From positions 2,496,001 through 2,560,000 of the forward strand of contig OY769902.1 of the NCBI GenBank assembly GCA_963669175.1: a stretch of DNA of 64,000 nt. The letters run 5' to 3'. The DNA comes from a bacterium. Lineage in GTDB: Bacteria; Electryoneota; Electryoneia; Electryoneales; Electryoneaceae. Position numbers and translations under genes: made by a program. Below, piece after piece: positions 36,428 through 46,348 of this stretch; position 1 is the stretch's first letter, and every line of letters begins with the position of its first letter. The notes under the pieces are model-generated. The model searched no databases, had not been told where the DNA came from, and saw only the letters and a list, made by a program, of their open reading frames with translations.

Positions 36428-37541
36428 ACCGACGAAAAGCAGTCGCAAGCGGCGTCAGAAGGTGTCTGCACGTCCTTCCTCGCGGAGGGTGTACAGCTCT
36501 ATCGCCTCGTCGCAACCGCGTACTGGTCGGAAAAAGCGTAAAATCGGACGCAAACTGCTTGGCTTGATAGTGATTGGTGTAATCGGATGGCAGGGATACG
36601 CCAACAAGGACACAATCCTTGGCTGGTTCGACCGTCCGGAAAAACCAAACGTAGCCACTACAGAACAGGCAGCGCCGATTGACAGTATCGGGGTGAGTAA
36701 GCGGTTGGCGGAGACGATACGGCAGCATCGTGAGATCATGCTGGAAACACTGGAGTTGCCGGACACCACGGTTCTTTACAAGGCCAATACGGATACGGCA
36801 GCAGATGCGCCAACGCTGGTAAGCGTGTTAAATGATTCCGCTGATCTGACATTCTGGCAGCGGATCAATCCGACACGACTGATGAACAACCTGTTTTCCG
36901 TGCAGGATGTTCGCATTTCCGGCGTGTTGAGCATATCGCAGGATACGATTCAAACGCTGATTGGCGATGTGACTGATCAGGGCATGTTCGATCTGGACCT
37001 GGAAGCGCTTGCGGAACGGGTGAACCAGCATTCACGGGTACAACATACTGTTATTCGCCGACGCTTGCCCAGCACGTTGATGGTGGATGTACAGGAACGG
37101 CGTGAGATCATGCTGGTGGTAAGCAGTGGGAAACTGCTTGGCGTAGATCGTGAAGGTGTCGTACTTGGCGAACCGAATCCGGGCTGGCCGCTGGATGCGC
37201 CGGTTGTGACCGGGTATCACGGCAAACTGAATCCCGGTGAGATGGTAGAAGATCCCGGTTTGCTGTCAGCGTTGACCTGGGCGCGTCATGCGTCCAACCG
37301 TCCGCTGGTCGGCGACTGGATCAGTGAGATGCACCTTGATAACGGTATCGTAGACTTTGTGCAGGGTGCAGGCAATGTGCAGGTGCAGCCCGGCGATCAC
37401 GCGATCGTAGCACAGGTGGCGGCATTGCACGCTTTTCTCGCCGGATTAGGCGAGTCGAAAAACGAAAACAATATTGTTGATATGAGATTCCCCGGTTTCA
37501 TCATCCTGAAACATGATGAAGCGGACCGGCGGAAAGGGTAA
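36414..37541 (+). CDS. ftsQ: Cell division protein FtsQ/DivIB-like (extended)
   Basis: Basic N-tail, TM, POTRA (FSVQDVRISG...RRLPSTLMVDVQER), C-terminal VDMRF; lies directly before ftsA. Confidence 0.82.
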   Translation: MMRFEPTKSSRKRRQKVSARPSSRRVYSSIASSQPRTGRKKRKIGRKLLGLIVIGVIGWQGYANKDTILGWFDRPEKPNVATTEQAAPIDSIGVSKRLAETIRQHREIMLETLELPDTTVLYKANTDTAADAPTLVSVLNDSADLTFWQRINPTRLMNNLFSVQDVRISGVLSISQDTIQTLIGDVTDQGMFDLDLEALAERVNQHSRVQHTVIRRRLPSTLMVDVQERREIMLVVSSGKLLGVDREGVVLGEPNPGWPLDAPVVTGYHGKLNPGEMVEDPGLLSALTWARHASNRPLVGDWISEMHLDNGIVDFVQGAGNVQVQPGDHAIVAQVAALHAFLAGLGESKNENNIVDMRFPGFIILKHDEADRRKG

Positions 37542-37562
37542 AACAGACAGGGTGGAGGTCCC

Positions 37563-38816
37563 ATGGCTACAGGAAGCAACATGATTGTCGGCCTGGACCT
37601 GGGAACAACAAAGATTTCGACGATCATCGCGGAAATTGGCGAGTCCGGCACGCCGAACGTGGTAGGTGTCGGTTATTGCAAAGCCCAGGGCATGAAGCGC
37701 GGCGTGGTGATCAACATTGATAAGACGATCGAGGCCATCGAGAAATCGATTGCCGAAGCGGAACGTATGGCCGGTGTCCATGTGAGTTCGGTCTACACCG
37801 GAATCGCGGGCGACCATATCCGTTCGATCAACAGCAAGGGCGTGATTGCGATCAGCCGCGCCGGGGCGCGTGAACGCACCGGCATCATCACCCATGAGGA
37901 TGTGGACCGGGTGATCGAAGCGGCCAAGGCGGTCAACCTTCCGATGGATCAGGAAGTGCTTCATGTGCTGCCGCAGACGTTCACGGTTGATGATCAGACC
38001 AATATCCCCGAACCGGTAGGTATGGCCGGGGTGAGGCTGGAAGCGGATGTACACATCATCACCGGAGCGGTTGCCAGTGCGCAGAACATCTTCCGCTGTG
38101 TGAAACAGGCGGGGATTTCCATTCAGGATCTCGTACTGGAACCACTGGCGTCTTCGTATTCCGTGCTGACACCTGATGAAAAGGAATTGGGTGTCTGCCT
38201 GATCGATATCGGTGGAGGTACATCGGATATCGCCGTGTTCCAGGAAAGCGCTATCCGGCATACCTCGGTCATCGGGCTTGGTGGTGAGAATGTGACCAAA
38301 GACCTGGGTGTGGGATTACGAACCCCGATTTCCCAGGCGGAACGGATCAAGGTGGAATACGGGCACTGTTACCTGCCGTATGTGGATACGGAAGAGCAGG
38401 TCGAGATTCCCGGCATCGGCGGACGTGCGCCGCAAGTCGTGCCGCGAACCCTGGTCGCTGAAATTATCCAGCCACGAATGGAAGAGATTTTCGAGCTTTC
38501 CGCTGCACAGATCCGTAAAGCGGGTGTCTGGGACAAAATGACCTGCGGTATTGTGCTTACCGGTGGCGGTTGTCAGCTCGAAGGCACGGTGGAACTGGCG
38601 GAACAGATTTTCGAATTGCCGGTCAAGATCGGTTACCCGACAGGTTTGGGCGGCCTGATGCAATCGGCGAACAATCCTACGCACGCAACCGGAGTCGGAC
38701 TGGTGTTGTTTGGCCTCGATCAGGAGGGTACTACTGATCCGCTCCGTGGAGACGATACGACGATTTTCAAGAAGATAGGCAGGAGGATGAAAGAATGGTT
38801 CGAAGACTTTTTCTAG
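37563..38816 (+). CDS. ftsA: Cell division protein FtsA
   Basis: GLDLGTTKI, IDIGGGTSD, AERIKVEYG, VLTGGG, C-terminal amphipathic MKEWFEDFF. Confidence 0.97.
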   Translation: MATGSNMIVGLDLGTTKISTIIAEIGESGTPNVVGVGYCKAQGMKRGVVINIDKTIEAIEKSIAEAERMAGVHVSSVYTGIAGDHIRSINSKGVIAISRAGARERTGIITHEDVDRVIEAAKAVNLPMDQEVLHVLPQTFTVDDQTNIPEPVGMAGVRLEADVHIITGAVASAQNIFRCVKQAGISIQDLVLEPLASSYSVLTPDEKELGVCLIDIGGGTSDIAVFQESAIRHTSVIGLGGENVTKDLGVGLRTPISQAERIKVEYGHCYLPYVDTEEQVEIPGIGGRAPQVVPRTLVAEIIQPRMEEIFELSAAQIRKAGVWDKMTCGIVLTGGGCQLEGTVELAEQIFELPVKIGYPTGLGGLMQSANNPTHATGVGLVLFGLDQEGTTDPLRGDDTTIFKKIGRRMKEWFEDFF

Positions 38817-38896
38817 AGGTGAGAAACAAAGCGAGGCGGTCCACGGGGCCGGACGATTCACATAATGCTTCACCCCAGCAGGAGGGAGGCCAGGAG

Positions 38897-40981
38897 ATGG
38901 CAGACCAGTTTGAAAGACGTCAGGAAGACCAGCGCCCATTGAGCGTTCGGGACATCATGCAATCCGACCCCGCACTTGAAGACTCCTTTGACGGGGTGGA
39001 CGAAGGCACTCACGCCGCCGGTACCGAAGGGCACCTGCTTCAGCAGAAGATGCAGGCTGCAGCCGCCGCCAACCGTGCGTGGCTCGATGACAGCCCCTTC
39101 GACTTGAGCAAGCCGGAACCGCGCGCGCAGGTGGAGGAGAATGATTTTACCAGCGAAACTGAAGACTTCGGAGAGGTCGAGGAAGTCGAAGAGGAACAGG
39201 ATTTCGTGGGTGAGTTCGAAGAAGAAGAAACCACCGACGAAATCGAAGAACTTTCCTTTGACGAAGGCGACCTGTTCGAGTCTGAAGAAGACATGGACAA
39301 GGAATACCCGGTCGACGAGGATGACATCGACCTGGATATCACCTTGAGCGTGGGCGAAACGGAAGAAGAGGAAGAGGAAGTCCTCGACGCCGGTGAACTG
39401 GACACGGAAGACGATCTGGAAGCCTCACAGGAATTTGCGGACAGCCTGGAAGGCGATTTCACCGAAGCCGTAGAAGAAGCCGAACTGGAAGAAGAAGAGC
39501 TGGTCGAAGACGAGTTGGTTGAAGAAGAGGCCAGCGTTGCCGAGATCATGGAAAACGACGAAACGATTGAAGAAGAGCCGATGCCGGTTGATGAGATCAC
39601 TTCCCATGTGGAAGACGCGATGATGGGCCGTGTGGTGTCTCAGGACAGTTACATGACCGAAGAAGAGGAGAAAGAAGCGGTGGGCAATACTCTGCGTTTC
39701 GGATTCCAGGAGCAATCCGAGTACCGTGCACGGATGAAGGTGATCGGCGTGGGCGGCGCCGGGTCAAACGCCGTGGACAACATGATCTCCAGTAACCTGC
39801 TCGGGGTTGAATTCATCTGTCTGAACACCGACAGCCAGGCATTGGATGCCAGCCAGGCCTCCCGCAAAATGCAGATCGGCAAGGAAGTCACCCGTGGCCT
39901 GGGAGCCGGTGGCGATCCATGCGTAGGGCAGGCGGCTGCGGAAGAAGATGTGGAAATGATCAAGAAGATGCTGGAAGATACCGACATGGTCTTCGTCGCG
40001 GCGGGTATGGGCGGCGGCACCGGTACCGGCGCAGCCCCGATCGTAGCCGGACTGGCTCGTGAACGTGGTATCCTCACTGTCGGCATCGTAACCAAACCAT
40101 TCAGCTTCGAAGGCTCCAAGCGCACCAAGCGAGCCGTCGAAGGTATCAAGGCGATGAAGGACAATGTTGATACGCTGATCGTGATCCCGAACGACCGTCT
40201 GCTCCAGATCATCGATGAGAACGTGACCTTCAAGGCCGCGTTCCGTAAGGCGGACGAGGTCCTGTTCCAGGGCACCAAGGGCATCAGCGATATCATCAAC
40301 ACCCGTGGTCATGTCAACCTCGACTTCGCCGATGCCAAATCAGTCATGGCGAACAGTGGTGACGCCATCATGGGCATGGGAGTCGCGGAAGGCGAGAATC
40401 GTGCGGTCCTGGCGGCGGAAGCGGCCATCACCAGCCCATTGCTGGATAACCTGAGCATTGAAGGCGCGCAGGGCATCATTATCAATATTACCGGCAATGA
40501 GAAGCTGGGGATGCTGGAAGTCCAGAAGGCGGTTGACCTGGTGACACAGCGTGCCGGCGACAATGCGGACGTCTTCTTCGGTATCGTCAACGACGAAGGT
40601 ATGGGTGACAAGGTCAGCGTAACCGTAATCGCCACCGGTTTCGCCCGTAAGGATACCATCCGGACCAAGCGTGTCGATACAGAAGCGTCCGAGGGCTTTG
40701 GCCGTAGCCGCACCGAAACCACCTCCATCCATGACCGTTTCAACTTCGGGAACGGCAATGGTAACGGGAACGGAAATGGCAATGGCAACGGTAACGGAAA
40801 TGGTCACGGAAATGGCAACGGCCACAGCGAAAAGCCGACCAAGTTCCTCCGTGTCGAAGCGGACGAAGAAGATGTCGTTTTGGATGAAGTGGTCGATATC
40901 GATGTGGAAAACATGGATAAAGATGACCATGATCTGCCCGCTTTCCTGCGCCGGAATAAGAAGAACAACTGGAGAAGGTAG
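38897..40981 (+). CDS. ftsZ: Cell division protein FtsZ with long acidic N-terminal extension
   Basis: VIGVGGAGSNA, GGGTGTG, NLDFAD, C-terminal DLPAFLRR. ATG 38897 follows AGGAG; possible second start GTG 39680. Confidence 0.93.
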   Translation: MADQFERRQEDQRPLSVRDIMQSDPALEDSFDGVDEGTHAAGTEGHLLQQKMQAAAAANRAWLDDSPFDLSKPEPRAQVEENDFTSETEDFGEVEEVEEEQDFVGEFEEEETTDEIEELSFDEGDLFESEEDMDKEYPVDEDDIDLDITLSVGETEEEEEEVLDAGELDTEDDLEASQEFADSLEGDFTEAVEEAELEEEELVEDELVEEEASVAEIMENDETIEEEPMPVDEITSHVEDAMMGRVVSQDSYMTEEEEKEAVGNTLRFGFQEQSEYRARMKVIGVGGAGSNAVDNMISSNLLGVEFICLNTDSQALDASQASRKMQIGKEVTRGLGAGGDPCVGQAAAEEDVEMIKKMLEDTDMVFVAAGMGGGTGTGAAPIVAGLARERGILTVGIVTKPFSFEGSKRTKRAVEGIKAMKDNVDTLIVIPNDRLLQIIDENVTFKAAFRKADEVLFQGTKGISDIINTRGHVNLDFADAKSVMANSGDAIMGMGVAEGENRAVLAAEAAITSPLLDNLSIEGAQGIIINITGNEKLGMLEVQKAVDLVTQRAGDNADVFFGIVNDEGMGDKVSVTVIATGFARKDTIRTKRVDTEASEGFGRSRTETTSIHDRFNFGNGNGNGNGNGNGNGNGNGHGNGNGHSEKPTKFLRVEADEEDVVLDEVVDIDVENMDKDDHDLPAFLRRNKKNNWRR

Positions 40982-41082
40982 AATGGTAGTGGATCGTTTC
41001 ATTCGAACCGGTGAATAGATCCACTGAAGGATCGGCATGCGTGCCAGTTCCTGATTTTTCCTTCCTGCTGCTGGAAAAAGTC

Positions 41083-41114
41083 GGCACCCCATCTGAAAAG
41101 GTGGGGTGTTTTTT
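41083..41114 (+). terminator. Intrinsic terminator of the dcw operon
   Basis: GCACCCCATCT-GAAA-AGGTGGGGTGT followed by TTTTT. Confidence 0.85.
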
Positions 41115-41220
41115 AGTATTTCTTCTATCACTTCTACCTACATCTGTCATCCCCGACTTGATCCTGTCTCTTGGACTTGATCGGGGATCTCGAGGTGGGA
41201 GCGAGAATGCTGACTTCGAA

Positions 41221-41459
41221 CTGCTTTGTCTCATGCAAAGACGCGAAGGCAGAAAAACATGTCTCACGCAAAGACGCAAAGGCGCAAAGGAAAAGACGCA
41301 AAGGAAAAGAAAAGAAGGGAAAGGAGGGAAAGAAGGGAAAGAAGGGAAAGAAGGGAAAGAAGGGAAAGAAGTGAAAAGAATGAAAAACCTATTGGCCCCG
41401 CCGGCTTGAAGAACGCCGTAGCTTGCGGAGGCGGCTGCCCGGCGGTGGTCTATTTTAAA
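41221..41459. repeat. Composite repeat copy 1: CGCAAAG tract, purine microsatellite, ~65-nt structured core
   Basis: Near-identical to 45626-45844; core also at 50141-50200. Confidence 0.85.
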
Positions 41460-41658
41460 TGAAGCTAGTAGTCCACTTGTATTGAGGACTTGAAACGACT
41501 CGTCTCAAGCAAAGACGCAAAGGAAGAGACGCAAAGAACGCAAAGGAAGAAAAACATGTTTCACGTAGAGCCGCAAAGAACGCAAAGGAAAAGAAATGAA
41601 GACAATGTTCTTTTCCCGGACCGGAGGCGGTCCGGGAGACATTGCCATAATCCCTACC

Positions 41659-44600
41659 TTACTTCACCAGGATCGCCTTGTAGGATTCATTGATATTCGT
41701 ATCGGTCCTGATCGTAATGAAGTACACACCAGAAGATAAATCAGCCGCTGAATAATCAACATTCAGCCTGCCAACTTCCCGCACCATATTTTTTATCGTA
41801 TCAATTTTTTGCCCCAAGCTATTGTATACTTCTATGGTAACAGTTGACAATTTCGGTAAATCATATTGGATTTTTATGCTGCTGTTAAAAGGATTAGGAT
41901 ATAACGAACAATTATACACAAGGGGTAAATTGTGGTTATTGTCTGAAATGCCATCATCATAAGAATTTAAATAATGTATACTGCTACTTCTATAAGAATC
42001 TATCATGTCAGAGATGTAATCAAGGTTAATAAATTCTTCTTCAATATAATAAAACCAATCAATTTTTGTAACATAATTTTCTATTGTATCACTCACTCGA
42101 TTGTAAATTAAATTAGACATCATTATGCTCATATCTGAGTCAAGATTGAGTTCAGTGACATCATATGGTGGATAAATAAGATTGCCATCAATATAATAGC
42201 GCACTTTGTTGTTTTGATAGGATATGCCAAAATAATGATAATCATTGTCTAGAATGGAAATAGATGTATCGATATGTGAAAAATGATCTCCACTGGTTTC
42301 AATGAAGAGTATATTGTCTTCGATCTCGTTAAAACCATTGCTGTAAAACTCATAGTTTAATATAGAGCGTTGAAAGGTAACAGTATTATCATAATAAGCA
42401 AAAAGGTTTTGTGTGAATTCATCAGTATAATCATCGTTGGATTGGAAAGATGCTTTAAAGACATAAGTGCCACGACAGAAAGGACTTTCTAGTGTTCTTA
42501 TCATTGAATTGTAGGTGTCGTTATCATTAGTGCCGCTTGTAGACTTCAGATTGAGTACTCTATCTTCATTCTCTTCGGTTATATAAACATTGCTTTCTGA
42601 ATACAAATACCCACCTGCACCTGGATTATCGCTGGTGTTACAAACATGCCACCCGTGATCGGCTAGTTCTGAATAGGGATTGTCAATGTTGCAGTAGAAA
42701 TTATCATAAAATATGTTGGCCTCGTCGGGAGAATCATAGCAGAAAACATTGAAAAATTCTGTTGCGGATTCATCGAACGAATTAGCTGCTGTTGCAGTGA
42801 TGAGGTAGTTACCCTTTGCATTAAAGGTATGGGTGAAAGATGATTCAACAGAATCTTCACCACTAAAATCAGCGGTATCTTGTACTGCATTATCAATCGC
42901 CCAGGCGATCTCTTCGATGCCAAAGGGCGAAGACGCAGCAATATCGAATGTGATCTCAGTCCCTTCACTTACATTGACATACTTGTCCTGATTGTCCAAA
43001 CTGATGGAAAAGCAATCATAATCAATAACAGTAACTTCCCAGGATACAACGCTGTCCAGGCCTTCTTCATCATAGACAACCGTATGGACATCAAAAGTCC
43101 CTTCTGACTCGAACGTATACGACCAGACGTCCCTACTCCGCGCCCCTGCCGCCTCATGCTGGTCCATGAGTTCATCCTCAAGGTACCATTCGAAAGACAC
43201 GAGATTACTGTCCGAATCACTTGCGCCTACAGTAAAGGACAGGGATCTACCCATACCTGACGTTGTAGAAGAGGCTTCCGGTTCAACACGCCAGATTACA
43301 GGATTCGAGTTCTGGACCGTGATTTCCCAGGCAATCATCTCCGAACATTCATAACTGTCATAGACAATCGCGTGGACATCAAATGTTCCTTCTGACTCAA
43401 ATGTATACGACCAGGAGTCTACATCATCATCGCTCGTAACATTATGAGTTGCCATTACTTGATCACCTAGATACCATTGTATGAAATCCAGATTACCATC
43501 AACATCGCTGACGCCTGCGGTAAAAGTTGCAGAACAACCATAGCCTGAAGATGAGGCAAACTCTTCCGGCGCAATTCTCCAAATCTCAGGAGAGGTATTC
43601 TGGACATTGATTTCCCAGGTAAGTGAAACCTGTTCTTCCAAAGTGTCAAAGACATAAGCGTGGATGAAGTAAGTCCCTTCAAACATGAATGAAAGGGCCC
43701 ACGTATCTTCGTCTTCATCTCCAGTCGCGTTATGCGTACGCATCAGTTGGTCATTCAGGTACCATCTGAAGCAGTCGAGATTGCCCTCCAGATCACTGGC
43801 GCTGACGGTAAAAGTGAGTTCCTGCCCAGGAAACAGGTTGATGGATTCATCTTCAGGATTCACACGACAGATCTCGGGAGGAGTGTTTTGGACGTGGATT
43901 TCCCAGGAAATTGAAACCTGTTCTTCTAAAGTATCATAGATATAGGCGTGAATAGTGTAGGTTCCCTCAGTTTCAAACGTGTGCGACCAGGAATCTTCGT
44001 CTTCTGCACCTGCTGTCTCATGAGTGACCACAAGCTGATCATCCACGTACCATTCGAAGTTCTCAAGATTCCCGTCATCATCGCTTGCGCCAACCGTAAA
44101 GGTACACTCCTGGCCGGGTAACAAGTCCACATTGCCTTGTTCAGGATCAATCCGCCAAATCTCGGGCGCAACATTCTGGACAGTAACTTGCCAGGACGTC
44201 ATTAACTGATTATCCAAACCGTCATAAACATAGGCGTAGACAGTGTATGTGCCTTCATTCTCAAATGTTTGTGACCAGGAGTCTTCATCTTCATCGCCTG
44301 CGGCATCATGATTGGCCACCAATTCATCATCCAGGTACCATTCAAAGTGGTCAAGGGTACCTGTTTCAACACTTGCACCGGTAGTAAAAGAACACACCTG
44401 ACCGGGGATCAGTTGAACATTCCTTGATTCAGGATTTTCACGCCAGATTCTGAAGGGACGCTGTTCGACATTGATCTCCCAACAGGTTATTGCAACAGTA
44501 CTACCTTCAGAGTAAACATGAGTATAGACGTGTGTAACCTCTTCAGTATCAAATGTATGCGACCAGGTATCTTCAGCTTCATTCCCAGTTGCATCATGCC

Positions 44601-45384
44601 TGGCCATAGGAGTATAAAACAGATACCAGTCGAAGTAACAAAGCTCATGTTCATCAACGCTGGCAAGGGCAGTAAAACTGATCTCCTCACCGGGATTAAC
44701 ATCTACAGATGCTTCTACTGGATAGTCTCGAAGAACTACAGGGGAGTCGTCCTGGACGATGATCTCCCATCCATCGGTTTGACTCATACCCAAAGAATCA
44801 TAAGCATAAACATCAAGTTCATAGGTGCCCTCAGTATCAAAGGTTAAGGTCAGGGTATCATTCAAGGAGTATCGGTGCGTGAAGTCAGGAAGAGATGTAT
44901 GAATTAACTGCTCGTCCAGGTACCATTCGACGCGATCAATATTTCCGTCACCATCAACAGTCACTATTTCAAACATCATGGGTTGATCAGGTGCAAGGCT
45001 GAAAGTAGGCTCCATGGGCATTCCAACCATACAGTGAGGTGTGCCATTATGAATAACACTGACCCACCAGCTGGTTGAATCAGACTCGCCATTATCGTTG
45101 TATGCCATGCAGCATATTATTGGGATAGCAGTTTCGGTGAATGTGTGCGTCCAGCTATCCTGGTCATTGTTGCCACTAAGATCGTGATCCGCCTGTAAAT
45201 CACCATCAATATACCATTCGCAGTGGTCTAATCCGATCGCGTCACTTATGTTGACAGTAAAAGTGATTGGAACATTTTCGTAAAATAATGGATTTCCACT
45301 TAATGGATAAACCTTTGTAACCTCGGTACTGTAGACGGTAGAAGTAACGAAGAAAAGAAAAAGCAGGGTGAATAATTTACGCAT
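41659..45384 (-). CDS. Secreted protein: about nine tandem ~95-aa Ig/PKD-like repeats, GH16-like domain, C-terminal sorting domain
   Basis: Repeat FTVGASD.DGNL..FEWYLDD...SWS.TFE.EGTY.V.AYVYD...WEI.VQN; jelly-roll-like domain from NIFYDNF; YPNPFNS CTD. Confidence 0.8.
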   Translation of the reverse strand: MRKLFTLLFLFFVTSTVYSTEVTKVYPLSGNPLFYENVPITFTVNISDAIGLDHCEWYIDGDLQADHDLSGNNDQDSWTHTFTETAIPIICCMAYNDNGESDSTSWWVSVIHNGTPHCMVGMPMEPTFSLAPDQPMMFEIVTVDGDGNIDRVEWYLDEQLIHTSLPDFTHRYSLNDTLTLTFDTEGTYELDVYAYDSLGMSQTDGWEIIVQDDSPVVLRDYPVEASVDVNPGEEISFTALASVDEHELCYFDWYLFYTPMARHDATGNEAEDTWSHTFDTEEVTHVYTHVYSEGSTVAITCWEINVEQRPFRIWRENPESRNVQLIPGQVCSFTTGASVETGTLDHFEWYLDDELVANHDAAGDEDEDSWSQTFENEGTYTVYAYVYDGLDNQLMTSWQVTVQNVAPEIWRIDPEQGNVDLLPGQECTFTVGASDDDGNLENFEWYVDDQLVVTHETAGAEDEDSWSHTFETEGTYTIHAYIYDTLEEQVSISWEIHVQNTPPEICRVNPEDESINLFPGQELTFTVSASDLEGNLDCFRWYLNDQLMRTHNATGDEDEDTWALSFMFEGTYFIHAYVFDTLEEQVSLTWEINVQNTSPEIWRIAPEEFASSSGYGCSATFTAGVSDVDGNLDFIQWYLGDQVMATHNVTSDDDVDSWSYTFESEGTFDVHAIVYDSYECSEMIAWEITVQNSNPVIWRVEPEASSTTSGMGRSLSFTVGASDSDSNLVSFEWYLEDELMDQHEAAGARSRDVWSYTFESEGTFDVHTVVYDEEGLDSVVSWEVTVIDYDCFSISLDNQDKYVNVSEGTEITFDIAASSPFGIEEIAWAIDNAVQDTADFSGEDSVESSFTHTFNAKGNYLITATAANSFDESATEFFNVFCYDSPDEANIFYDNFYCNIDNPYSELADHGWHVCNTSDNPGAGGYLYSESNVYITEENEDRVLNLKSTSGTNDNDTYNSMIRTLESPFCRGTYVFKASFQSNDDYTDEFTQNLFAYYDNTVTFQRSILNYEFYSNGFNEIEDNILFIETSGDHFSHIDTSISILDNDYHYFGISYQNNKVRYYIDGNLIYPPYDVTELNLDSDMSIMMSNLIYNRVSDTIENYVTKIDWFYYIEEEFINLDYISDMIDSYRSSSIHYLNSYDDGISDNNHNLPLVYNCSLYPNPFNSSIKIQYDLPKLSTVTIEVYNSLGQKIDTIKNMVREVGRLNVDYSAADLSSGVYFITIRTDTNINESYKAILVK

Positions 45385-45625
45385 GGTAGCCTCCCAAGAA
45401 TGATATCAATAAATAAGTGTAAATATGATCCTGAGATAAAAAGAGTGATAAATATCACAACATGAACAAAATCTACATCATGCTTTCAAAGAGAGTCATT
45501 CGTAACCCTTTAGCATGATAAAGCTTTTCCGCGCTGACAACGTGATGAATGCTCAAGCTGAACATCAAAGGTAGCTTTATCCGCTATTCCCGGGCAGTTC
45601 AAGATTGCCCAGAATTGTTTTCAGT

Positions 45626-45844
45626 CTGCTTTATCTCACGCAAAGACGCGAAGGCAGAAAAAAATGTCTCACGCAAAGACGCAAAGGCGCAAAGGAAAAG
45701 ACGCAAAGGAAAAGAAAAGAAAAGAAGGGAAAGAATGGAAAAGAATGGAAAAGAATGAAAAAGAATGAAAAACCTATTGGCCCTGCCGGCTTGAAGAACG
45801 CCGTAGCTTGCGGAGGCGGCTGCCCGGCGGTGGTCTATTATAAT
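45626..45844. repeat. Composite repeat copy 2
   Basis: Same order and orientation as 41221-41459; differs mainly in the purine tract. Confidence 0.85.
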
Positions 45845-46165
45845 TCAACAAAGGAATAAGTCCACCTGTTTTGATCCACGCATATCAAACTGAAGTAGAA
45901 TTTTCCTTGCTCTCATTCCTTCGAAGGAAGGAATCCAGGCAAGCCGGAAAGAGCGGTGACCCCTGCATTTCCAGTTATACTGAATTAGCTGGATGTGACA
46001 CCAAGCATGTCCCCGGAAAGCACGCTGAAGCGCGCTCACAATAGTGAGGACCACAGGACACCCCGGCTGAAGCCGGGTGCTAAGAGGAGCAGGCTAAAGC
46101 CAGCTAATACAAGATGTTGAAGTGAAATTGCAGGTGAGTGATGGATACTGGTTAGAATGTTTGAG

Positions 46166-46264
46166 AAATTCTGCCACAGCTTGTAGCAGATTTAAGCCAT
46201 CCATTTCTGCAACAGGCTGTTGCAGTTTTCGTGTGGACATTCTGCAGCAACCTGCTGCAGAATT
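46166..46264. repeat. Three ~26-bp CTGCAACAG-type palindromes
   Basis: ATTCTGCCACAGCTTGTAGCAGAT, CTGCAACAG-G-CTGTTGCAG, ATTCTGCAGCA-ACC-TGCTGCAGAAT. Confidence 0.7.
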
Positions 46265-46348
46265 GTAAGATCTTGTGAAAAAAAGATATAGGGGGCGTTT
46301 GGCCCGACTGCTTGCTGTCGGGATCGCCCACATTTAATACACTGCTGG

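Noticed and set aside
41011-41693. Short K/R/E-rich ORFs here and at 45549-45859 and 49566-50570
   Set aside because: They are translations of CGCAAAG and purine repeat tracts, open in several frames, with no coding signals.
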